DNA of 64,000 bases from a virus: the IMG/VR virus record IMGVR_UViG_3300032038_000071, positions 2,836 through 66,835 of that record; one strand, 5' to 3'. The position numbers and the translations under genes are program-made. Positions 14,573 to 21,811 of this stretch are shown here, piece after piece. Each line of letters starts with the position of its first letter. Position 1 is the first letter of the stretch. The notes beneath the pieces are model-generated. The model was given only the letters and a program-made list of their open reading frames with translations. It had not been told where the DNA came from and did no database searches.

Positions 14573-15589
14573 TTAATCTTCATTCATGGATTTGTCAACT
14601 AATTGCTCTACTTTGGCTAATAATTCCTCATCATTCTCTAACAGTGCATATACATTAGCTTGACCCTGTACTTTGTCTGATATAACTTCTCCAGTTTCTA
14701 TATCAACTATTTCAAACCATGCTCCTGACTTCTTAATAATATCATACTTAATAGCTACTTCAATTAGGTCATTCAGATAGTCTATTCCTGTATCATATCT
14801 TAAAGTATAAAATCCTGTTCTTCTTGTTGGCGGGCATACTTTGCTCTTAATGAGTGCTACATTGACTATATTACCTGCCGGGTTCTCTGCTGAACGTGAC
14901 AGTTCATTTCTCTTAACGTCTATGAATTTCCCACGTCTAAATTCAAGTCTCAATACAGTATTATGTTTCCATGCTTTACCGCCTGTCGTTGTTGTACCAC
15001 CATACATACTGTTCATATCATCACGCATCTGATTTATTCCTATGACAGTACAATTATTTCTCATGCACAGACCTTCTGCCTTTTTACTGAAGTTAGTTAA
15101 TGCCATAGCTATTCCACCATAAGTTTTCTGGTCTACAGTCTTTTCCATAGCTTGATTTGACACCATTACTCCCAGACTGTCTATGATTACAAGACCTACT
15201 TCATTTGTGTCTATCATATCGAGTATAAACTGAAATATATCTTCTGCTCCTTGTGATGTCGGGTTAAGTATAATCAGTTCATCAAGATTAACTCCTAACT
15301 TTGTTGCCCATACTGTATCAAGTGTATTCTCTGCATCAACATACAGAACTTTTCTGTCATACACCTGCTGATAATTAGCCACCACATCAAGCGCTGTTGT
15401 GGTTTTACCGCCATGCTCTTCTCCATAAAACTCTATGAGCTTTCCGAGTGGAATACCGCCGAATGTCATATAATTCAGTCTAGGGCTTGTAAATGGTATT
15501 CGCTCATAATCGTATGTAGCAACACCTGTATGGACTAACTCTTCTTTCCAAGTCTTGTTAAAGTTTTTCATAACCTCATCAATCTTCAT
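14573..15589 (-). CDS. recA: RecA-family recombinase
   Basis: 338 aa. Motifs seen are FGGIPLGKLIEFYGEEHGGKTTTALD (Walker A), LVIIDSLGVM (Walker B) and the L2-like region GGTTTTGGKAWKH. Confidence 0.85.
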   Translation of the reverse strand: MKIDEVMKNFNKTWKEELVHTGVATYDYERIPFTSPRLNYMTFGGIPLGKLIEFYGEEHGGKTTTALDVVANYQQVYDRKVLYVDAENTLDTVWATKLGVNLDELIILNPTSQGAEDIFQFILDMIDTNEVGLVIIDSLGVMVSNQAMEKTVDQKTYGGIAMALTNFSKKAEGLCMRNNCTVIGINQMRDDMNSMYGGTTTTGGKAWKHNTVLRLEFRRGKFIDVKRNELSRSAENPAGNIVNVALIKSKVCPPTRRTGFYTLRYDTGIDYLNDLIEVAIKYDIIKKSGAWFEIVDIETGEVISDKVQGQANVYALLENDEELLAKVEQLVDKSMNED

Positions 15590-15804
15590 TTCTCAGCCTC
15601 CAATTCTAAATACTTCTTTAAATACCAAGTCGCTTTTTCTACATCCTCTGTTCCGTTCTTTCTTGTGCATCTGTAAATGTACTTAAAAGCATTACACAAA
15701 CAGAAATGCTTTACAGCTTCTGTTCCTAAAGCTTCTTCCATTACATCAATACATTCAAATTTACCTGTTGCATAATGACTTGGGTTATTTACATTATCTG
15801 ACAC
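15586..15804 (-). CDS. DUF3310-like phage protein (GTG start)
   Basis: NPSHYATGKFECIDVMEE...NAFKYIYRCTRKNGTEDVEKATWYL matches the DUF3310 pattern P.HY...E.i....KY..R...K...D..KA..Y. Confidence 0.65.
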   Translation of the reverse strand: MSDNVNNPSHYATGKFECIDVMEEALGTEAVKHFCLCNAFKYIYRCTRKNGTEDVEKATWYLKKYLELEAEK

Positions 15805-16439
15805 TCTTCTGTACCTCCTGTAATTTCTTTTATATATGGCAACGTCTTAAGTATATCTACAAATTTATTCCATTCATCAAGTTTATGTCCAGTTCTCTCT
15901 TTGATAATCTTAAATACAGTTTCATAGGACATACATATAGTTCTTCTCTGATTGTATGATGATGGGAGAAGTTGTATCATCTGCCACCAATCATCTTTAT
16001 CTCTTGTTTCTAAAAATTTCTTTCTGCAAAGATTAAGATGTTGTATTAAGTCATCTAACCTATTCCAACTAAAATCTAATAAATGGTCTGTACTAAAATC
16101 ATCAAGCGTAAATTCTTTTTCAGTTATCTTGTGCATGGTACTACACGATACCTGTGACTTACCTATTGTATATCTATCCATTTCTTTCCACCAATACAGC
16201 GGTGCAGTTATATCCATAGATACTTGTATCATTCTTGCATAGGTTCTGTGTTCTACTCCTGCTTTATAAAGTTTTCTCATAAGACCTAAATCATTTTCGC
16301 CTACAATAAATGAATATTCTCCATTTATCATAATACCTGAACCCATACTATCACTCTTATCCCAACTATTCATAGCGTTTCTCATTCCACGTATAGCGTG
16401 TTTAAAACCCCACACATCTATATTTTCTATCTTAATCAT
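15789..16439 (-). CDS. ThyX (Thy1-fold)-like protein lacking the RHR/SxRY motif
   Basis: 216 aa. KAGVEHRTYARMIQVSMDITAPLYWWKEMDRYTIGKSQVSCSTMH aligns to the ThyX core (H..fEH..ftF.i.aPifv.rq..RHR..S.ne.S.RY). The RHR is replaced by DRY and SxRY by STMH. Confidence 0.5.
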   Translation of the reverse strand: MIKIENIDVWGFKHAIRGMRNAMNSWDKSDSMGSGIMINGEYSFIVGENDLGLMRKLYKAGVEHRTYARMIQVSMDITAPLYWWKEMDRYTIGKSQVSCSTMHKITEKEFTLDDFSTDHLLDFSWNRLDDLIQHLNLCRKKFLETRDKDDWWQMIQLLPSSYNQRRTICMSYETVFKIIKERTGHKLDEWNKFVDILKTLPYIKEITGGTEECQIM

Positions 16440-16653
16440 TTCTTACCTTCACTTTCTGCTTGTGGCTCAACTCTGCACCTGTAACTTTGCACCCTTGTTT
16501 TTCCAATAGCTCTAACTTTGCAAGTGCCATTCCGATAGATGATGCTGTTCCGTATGGTAGACCTTTCTGAATAAGTGAAAAATCCTCTTGTGCTATCTCC
16601 GACATATTATCATTCCAATCAAACGGCATCACTCTAATCTCTTCTCTTGTCAT
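16432..16653 (-). CDS. hypothetical protein (73 aa)
   Basis: Co-directional ORF with an 8-nt overlap with the next gene. Confidence 0.6.
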   Translation of the reverse strand: MTREEIRVMPFDWNDNMSEIAQEDFSLIQKGLPYGTASSIGMALAKLELLEKQGCKVTGAELSHKQKVKVRND

Positions 16654-16663
16654 TCCTTATCTC

Positions 16664-16927
16664 TCACTCCTCAAATATATTATCATTTGCCCACATTCCA
16701 CATTTATTAGCCCAGTGCCACATATAATCATATTTTTTCCCTGTGACACATTCATATAATAGATTATGTAATGTAGCTATAATATCTGATACATAATAAT
16801 ATTTATCTTTATCTTTATCTATAACGGGTGGAAACTCTGTATATAAAGGAATCATTATATCAGCATTAGTATATAATCCGTTTACTAATATATCAGTAAT
16901 CTTATCAAGTTCTTCTTCAGTTATCAT
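16664..16927 (-). CDS. hypothetical protein (87 aa)
   Basis: The start was moved to MITEEEL after GAGGAGGAG. Confidence 0.6.
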   Translation of the reverse strand: MITEEELDKITDILVNGLYTNADIMIPLYTEFPPVIDKDKDKYYYVSDIIATLHNLLYECVTGKKYDYMWHWANKCGMWANDNIFEE

Positions 16928-16953
16928 CCTTCTCCTCCTCACTTTTTGCTTAC

Positions 16954-17172
16954 TTATCTATCATTTCCTCTTAATTTTGTTATTGCATATAAAACATCAA
17001 ACAATGCACTCTTATATCCAGTATAGTAATTTTTATCTACACCTACTGGTACGGACTTTGATAAATCCTTTAGATGACAGACCACATCATCTAATGCCTT
17101 ATTATAAGACTTGAATCCTATCTCAGCTTTAGATAGATTATCTTCCAAACTGTCAAAAAACTCTTTTGTCAT
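16954..17172 (-). CDS. hypothetical protein (72 aa)
   Basis: Co-directional, tightly packed ORF. Confidence 0.6.
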   Translation of the reverse strand: MTKEFFDSLEDNLSKAEIGFKSYNKALDDVVCHLKDLSKSVPVGVDKNYYTGYKSALFDVLYAITKLRGNDR

Positions 17173-17183
17173 ATCTTCACCTC

Positions 17184-17849
17184 TTATCTGTAACAGAAAT
17201 ACACACCATCTATACAGTCATACACACCACTACCCTGTGAGAAGTTAGCTTGAAAGACTACATTGTTAGGTAGCCATGAGCCATTTTCAAGTAAGTCTTT
17301 AGCTATCTCATAACAACGCTGACTTGGTGTTCTGTCATAATTACCATCCCATGTGCAAGCATATTGACCTGACTGAAATATAACTCCGTATATTGTATCT
17401 GGAAATTCAGAGTGATTTACTCTATTAAGAACAACTGAACCAACGTAATATCTTGTTGTATCACTGCACCAATCTGCGCCAGCTTCGCCATTAATAAGAT
17501 GAGCAAGCATTTCAACTTCATCATACGAATAATCGGTGCTTACAGATTTTGCAACATAGTAGGTTGTTTCTGTAATTTCTTCTGTTGTAAGTTTATCTCC
17601 AATTTCTATCTCAACAATATCTGTAGATTCGGGATTAATGAACTGTACTGTTGTTGCTTCTGTAGTTAATTCCTCAGATATTTCTTCTGTTGATAATTCT
17701 TCTTCTGCAAAACAATTATTAATTACGTTCCAATTAGCATATTCATAATCTGTAGTGTTATGTGCTACAACATCTGCTACACACGCCCCTATGTATAATA
17801 ATGCACATCCACTTACAACATATAAACTTGTTATGAGCTTCTTTTTCAT
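17184..17849 (-). CDS. SleB-type cell-wall hydrolase (Hydrolase_2 family) with a lipoprotein signal peptide
   Basis: MKKKLITSLYVVSGC is a signal peptide plus lipobox. The C-terminal LINGEAGADW...VVLNRVNHSEFPDTIYGVIFQSGQYA matches the SleB/CwlJ catalytic domain. Confidence 0.75.
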   Translation of the reverse strand: MKKKLITSLYVVSGCALLYIGACVADVVAHNTTDYEYANWNVINNCFAEEELSTEEISEELTTEATTVQFINPESTDIVEIEIGDKLTTEEITETTYYVAKSVSTDYSYDEVEMLAHLINGEAGADWCSDTTRYYVGSVVLNRVNHSEFPDTIYGVIFQSGQYACTWDGNYDRTPSQRCYEIAKDLLENGSWLPNNVVFQANFSQGSGVYDCIDGVYFCYR

Positions 17850-18376
17850 TACTGATTTCCTCCTAATCTTGTCAACTCCATTTCCTGCATACGTCTTGAT
17901 AATGCTTTCTTACATGAACTCATTAATTCCTGTGCGTTCTCTATCTTACTGCGCATTGTCTTGTAAGCTCTGGAATAGCATACATTTATTATCTGCTCCT
18001 GCTGACTTGCTAACTCAGCTAAACTGTCTTTATCCTGTACTGTACCTTTACTCTGACTTGCTCTGGCTGTATGATACATTTCCTTATATACTGCTCTGCT
18101 TATATCATCACGAATACCAAGCTGTTCACACATACCGCCTGCAAAGTAGATATATGTTGATAAATTCAGACACCAATCTTCAAGTTCTTCATCTGTAGCC
18201 GGGTTAGTTCCGTCTTTTAAACACTCTCTGATAAAATCCACATACTTATCAAGGTCTTTACAGTATGGATTGATAATGTCTTTAACAATACTATCAATCT
18301 GACTACTATGGTTCTCGACTTTATATCTGATACCATCTAATTCTTTCATATCTTCTGCTGATAATTCTATTTTCAT
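17849..18376 (-). CDS. hypothetical protein (175 aa, helical)
   Basis: Co-directional ORF coupled to its neighbours by 1- and 4-nt overlaps. Confidence 0.65.
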   Translation of the reverse strand: MKIELSAEDMKELDGIRYKVENHSSQIDSIVKDIINPYCKDLDKYVDFIRECLKDGTNPATDEELEDWCLNLSTYIYFAGGMCEQLGIRDDISRAVYKEMYHTARASQSKGTVQDKDSLAELASQQEQIINVCYSRAYKTMRSKIENAQELMSSCKKALSRRMQEMELTRLGGNQ

Positions 18377-18876
18377 ACTTCCCTCCTATTTGACTTTTCT
18401 ATAGTATGAAAAAAGTAGTCCATATCGTAATCGAAAAACACTCTTTTCTTTTTACCCGGAATTGTAATACAACTTATCCAATTCTCAAATTCAACACCAT
18501 CTGCTAACCCATAAGGTAAACTTTTTCTTCCTAGAGTTTTCTGCCATTCAATGAACTGAATAGGAACAAACGCTGTTACATCTTTATCTACCCACCACAC
18601 TATTAGTCCGGCAAACACACCTTGTATCTTCGACTTCTCTAATAAGCCTTTATACTGATTATCTGTTATATTACTGAATGGGAATGTATTACCATGTACT
18701 GACTTACATTCTATGTGATATTCATATGGTTTCTTATAAACTATAAAGTCACAGTGATTAGAACTTCCAAGAAATCCAGTTGTTTGGTCATGTAATCTAA
18801 CAACACTTACATCTGGTACTCTTTCAAAGGCTTCTTTAATTATATTCTCAAATTGTTTCCCTCGATTCTGGCTCAT
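18373..18876 (-). CDS. recU: RecU-type Holliday junction resolvase
   Basis: NRGKQFENIIKE...SNHCDFIVYKKPYEYHIECKS...FPFSNITDNQ fits the RecU motifs (NRG..E, D-x(n)-E-x-K, fP..ni...Q). The start was taken at the internal ATG MSQNRG. Confidence 0.65.
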   Translation of the reverse strand: MSQNRGKQFENIIKEAFERVPDVSVVRLHDQTTGFLGSSNHCDFIVYKKPYEYHIECKSVHGNTFPFSNITDNQYKGLLEKSKIQGVFAGLIVWWVDKDVTAFVPIQFIEWQKTLGRKSLPYGLADGVEFENWISCITIPGKKKRVFFDYDMDYFFHTIEKSNRREV

Positions 18877-19297
18877 TCTCTTCCTCTTTCTTCTTTTCCC
18901 AATATGCTTTAGCCGATTCACTTAAATGTTTTCTATGTTCCTCACTTAATACTTTCTTTTCAGGCACCATCATTTCATTCCAATTTTCTACTGCCTGATA
19001 TACATTTTTACCTACTGAATATCTTTCACACTTCTTACACTCGATATAAATATTTCCGTTCTTCTCTACTCGTCTACGCTTATTACACCCACAAAGACAC
19101 GGAATTAGCTTTGTATAATTTCTCTTTACTACCATATACCCAAGTTTATCTGCGGCAAGCCTTACCTCTTTAAGTGACACATTGTAGTCAGTTAATAACT
19201 TTAACACATCATCACGTTCCACATATACAGTCTCTTCACCTTCATACATCTTATACGTCTGTAACTTCTTTACCTTTTCATTCAGTTTACTCTGCAT
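18848..19297 (-). CDS. Lar-like zinc-ribbon protein (possible restriction alleviation)
   Basis: LIPCLCGCNKRR...IYIECKKCERYSVGKNVYQAVENWN follows the Lar-family pattern C.CG...C..C....A...WN. Confidence 0.45.
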   Translation of the reverse strand: MQSKLNEKVKKLQTYKMYEGEETVYVERDDVLKLLTDYNVSLKEVRLAADKLGYMVVKRNYTKLIPCLCGCNKRRRVEKNGNIYIECKKCERYSVGKNVYQAVENWNEMMVPEKKVLSEEHRKHLSESAKAYWEKKKEEENEPESRETI

Positions 19298-19298
19298 C

Positions 19299-20105
19299 TT
19301 AATCCTCCTTATTACATCTATTTCTAAACTGACAATAACTACAAGTCTTTTTACTTACGTTTTTCGACTTTGGTGGAACTTTCAGCTTCTTAATATAACT
19401 GTCACATTCCTCTATATAACTGATAAGTTCCTCTTTCATTTCATTAGTAACCTCAAACAAAAATGCTTTCTTATCACAGTTATCCCTGCACTCATATACA
19501 AACAACACCTCATTAATTCCAAATGCTATGCTATAAGCTGTAGCTTGGTGATAGTGACTTGGGTCTACTCCACCTCTCATAAAAAACTTATTACTGTTTT
19601 CTGTCTTAATTTCCAGTATATAATAATGATTGTGATACTTGATTATTCCGTCACATAAAAAACTCATATTAAGTTTTTTATGGTATAACTTTGTTTCAAA
19701 CCCACCTTTTTCTAAAGTTGGTTCTTTCACTATATCAAGATAGTCAAGTCCACGCTGTCTTACAAAGTCTGCAACATTTACATATTCACAATCAATACCA
19801 TTATCTTTCATGTGCAATACAGCTTCCTGTATTCTTTCGTGCCTGTCAGAACCGCTTTCACAAATACCTATAATCATACTACTGCTATCTGTATCGTCTG
19901 GTTCTGCTCCTGTAATTGTGTAAAAACTCTGTCTGATACAATTCATTCCGGATGGCTTATATGTCTTACTTCCCGGTTGTTTATTATTCTTATCATTAAT
20001 CTCTATCGACCGTTTTAGGTCATTTAAGAACGATTGCTCAGGCGAAAGTTCCGCCTTTGCAACGTCTATAAGATTAAAGATATTCTGTAATGATTTTCTT
20101 GCCAT
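19299..20105 (-). CDS. Cas4/RecB-family PD-(D/E)XK exonuclease with a 4-Cys cluster
   Basis: Motifs seen are DGIIKYHNHYYILEIKT (D...ExK) and HQATAYS (QxxxY). One N-terminal Cys plus the C-terminal CSYCQFRNRC gives the Cas4/AddB-type Fe-S ligand spacing. Confidence 0.7.
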   Translation of the reverse strand: MARKSLQNIFNLIDVAKAELSPEQSFLNDLKRSIEINDKNNKQPGSKTYKPSGMNCIRQSFYTITGAEPDDTDSSSMIIGICESGSDRHERIQEAVLHMKDNGIDCEYVNVADFVRQRGLDYLDIVKEPTLEKGGFETKLYHKKLNMSFLCDGIIKYHNHYYILEIKTENSNKFFMRGGVDPSHYHQATAYSIAFGINEVLFVYECRDNCDKKAFLFEVTNEMKEELISYIEECDSYIKKLKVPPKSKNVSKKTCSYCQFRNRCNKED

Positions 20106-20245
20106 TATAAATAGTATTCCTCTCCGTTATTATCAACAAAACAATCAAGCATAGCCTCAACTAATTCTGCAACAGTTATACCCTGTCTGTCTGCTGTATC
20201 TTCTAATGTAGCGACAGTTGTGTCATATACACCTATATTAGTCAT
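20105..20245 (-). CDS. ribbon-helix-helix-like small protein (46 aa, below the ORF-track cutoff)
   Basis: GAGGAGG SD upstream. MTNIGVYDTTVATLEDTADRQGITVAELVEAMLDCF has a beta-strand then helix-helix pattern typical of Arc/CopG proteins. A TAATG overlap couples it to the next gene. Confidence 0.5.
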   Translation of the reverse strand: MTNIGVYDTTVATLEDTADRQGITVAELVEAMLDCFVDNNGEEYYL

Positions 20246-20249
20246 AGTA

Positions 20250-20567
20250 TTATTCCTCCTCATCTAACATATAACAATAATCAACTTCCCACTCACCTCT
20301 GTACCAATCAAGTCGTATATAGTTATCTGTACCATCAAGATTAGAAGCGAAAATAGAACTACCAAGCTGTCCTGGAATAAACGCTTTATTGTCACTGCTT
20401 ACCTTGTAACTTCTTGATTCAAGGCTGTACTCTTCCTTCCAATTACTTGCTTTGTAGACAACAACTCCGTATATTGAGTTCTTATCAGTTCCCTTACAAG
20501 TAATATTGTTGTCCTCATTGTGCTTCCATAAAGCATCTGTCATTTGTGTCCATGTGATTTTCTTCAT
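20250..20567 (-). CDS. hypothetical protein (105 aa)
   Basis: The start was moved to MKKITW after AGGAGG. It is the first gene after promoter module copy 3. Confidence 0.65.
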   Translation of the reverse strand: MKKITWTQMTDALWKHNEDNNITCKGTDKNSIYGVVVYKASNWKEEYSLESRSYKVSSDNKAFIPGQLGSSIFASNLDGTDNYIRLDWYRGEWEVDYCYMLDEEE

Positions 20568-20578
20568 ATATTTGTCCT

Positions 20579-20631
20579 CCTGTGATATATTGTAGTACAC
20601 ATTAACTACTGTGCTTATAATATATCACAGG
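20579..20631. promoter_or_regulatory. 13-bp perfect inverted repeat CCTGTGATATATT / AATATATCACAGG bracketing the -10 element, transcription start and SD
   Basis: The arms at 20579-20591 and 20619-20631 are exact reverse complements with a 27-nt spacer. The downstream arm abuts and overlaps the AGGAGG SD of the 105-aa gene. Confidence 0.6.
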
Positions 20632-20647
20632 CATAAAACACTGTCAA
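20589..20647 (-). promoter_or_regulatory. conserved promoter-operator-leader module, copy 3 (TTGACA-N17-TATATT)
   Basis: Minus strand reads TTGACAGTGTTTTATGCCTGTGATATATTATAAGCACAGTAGTTAATGTGTACTACAAT. Confidence 0.6.
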
Positions 20648-20680
20648 TAAAAATATTTATAAATTTTTTCAAATTTGTAC

Positions 20681-20715
20681 AAGATAGACTTGGCTGTTTA
20701 CACCAAGTCTATCTT
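20681..20715 (-). terminator. 13-bp stem hairpin after the clamp gene (weak U-tract)
   Basis: AAGATAGACTTGG (20681-20693) pairs with CCAAGTCTATCTT (20703-20715). No long T-run follows on the minus strand. Confidence 0.45.
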
Positions 20716-20721
20716 TATTAT

Positions 20722-21798
20722 TTATGCTACAAAAAGTGCTATAACCTGTGTAATGCTTCCGTCTACAAACTTTATCAACTTATCATTTCCATAGTGTATC
20801 TCCACTACATCACCTGAATATGATTTAAGCTGTGCTGTAAGAAGTGCTATATTTATCCAACACTCAAAATCATCACTTTTATCTGTATCTTCTGTGTAAC
20901 ATATATCTTCACAGCTTTTACCCGACTTGTTAGATACTGTAAGCGCACCGCTACCGAAACTCAACTTAACAGGTGCAAGCTGTCTTGTTACATCATTGGC
21001 AAACAATGTCATTCTATCTAACAGATTAAGAAGTTCAGATTTATTTATCTTGCAGATATATGGGAAGTCCATTGAAAGTAATTCACTTAATGTCTGCGCT
21101 GGATACTCATTTATATCCATATTATTCTTTGAATATACTATACAACCTGTTCCTTTGAAAATAACATACTCATCACTCATTACCATATCTATTGTCTCAT
21201 CAGTCATATTATCAAGTAAATCCATACACTCTGCTGATATGAGCATATCATCTGGACAAAGCCTGTTGGCAATCTCTGCAACCATATGTCTATTTGTAGC
21301 AAGTATTGTATCTCCTGCATAATACTGTGTGATTACAGGCATTTCCATTGTAGTTGCAAGTGAACCTTTAAGTGATTCAAGTATTGTCTTAATAAGACTT
21401 AAACTTACGGTTGCTGTTCTTTTAGTTACCTGAGTATCTTCTACAGGGTTTGGGTACTTAATGAGCGTACCATTCTCATCTAATGGAAGTTCCAGTGTAT
21501 ATACACCATTACCCCTAACTTCAAGATTGCCATTCTCAATCTTCAACTCTGTATACTCACTTGTCATTTTAGATATAAGTTTGGCAAATTGGTCTGCATA
21601 TACTGTAGCTGAAAAATCTTCACCATCTATCTGATTTGTAATATACAGATAGTTTGTAGCATCTGTGGTGATGATAGATAACTCACCATCTTTCATTTCA
21701 ATACCCATAAGCTGTGTTATAGGTATTAACTTGTTATTACCAACACCACTTGTTGCTTTTGCTACCATTCCCTTTAATACTTCTGTGTTTACTTTCAT
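20722..21798 (-). CDS. dnaN: DNA polymerase III beta-type sliding clamp
   Basis: 358 aa, the size of a three-domain beta clamp. The N-terminal MKVNTEVLKGMVAKA...ITQLMGIEMKDGELSIITTDATNY resembles the DnaN N-terminus. Clamp-loader genes are present in the same genome. Confidence 0.65.
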   Translation of the reverse strand: MKVNTEVLKGMVAKATSGVGNNKLIPITQLMGIEMKDGELSIITTDATNYLYITNQIDGEDFSATVYADQFAKLISKMTSEYTELKIENGNLEVRGNGVYTLELPLDENGTLIKYPNPVEDTQVTKRTATVSLSLIKTILESLKGSLATTMEMPVITQYYAGDTILATNRHMVAEIANRLCPDDMLISAECMDLLDNMTDETIDMVMSDEYVIFKGTGCIVYSKNNMDINEYPAQTLSELLSMDFPYICKINKSELLNLLDRMTLFANDVTRQLAPVKLSFGSGALTVSNKSGKSCEDICYTEDTDKSDDFECWINIALLTAQLKSYSGDVVEIHYGNDKLIKFVDGSITQVIALFVA

Positions 21799-21811
21799 TT
21801 CTGTTCCTCCT

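Noticed and set aside
13834-20600. The longer N-terminal extensions given by the ORF track for 13495-13875, 13936-14403 and 20250-20600. The same applies to 3885-3917, 4657-4680 and 29408-29470.
   Set aside because: The extensions run through the mapped promoter or leader modules or overlap the upstream gene. They lack an SD, whereas an internal ATG 6-9 nt after GGAGG is present in every case.
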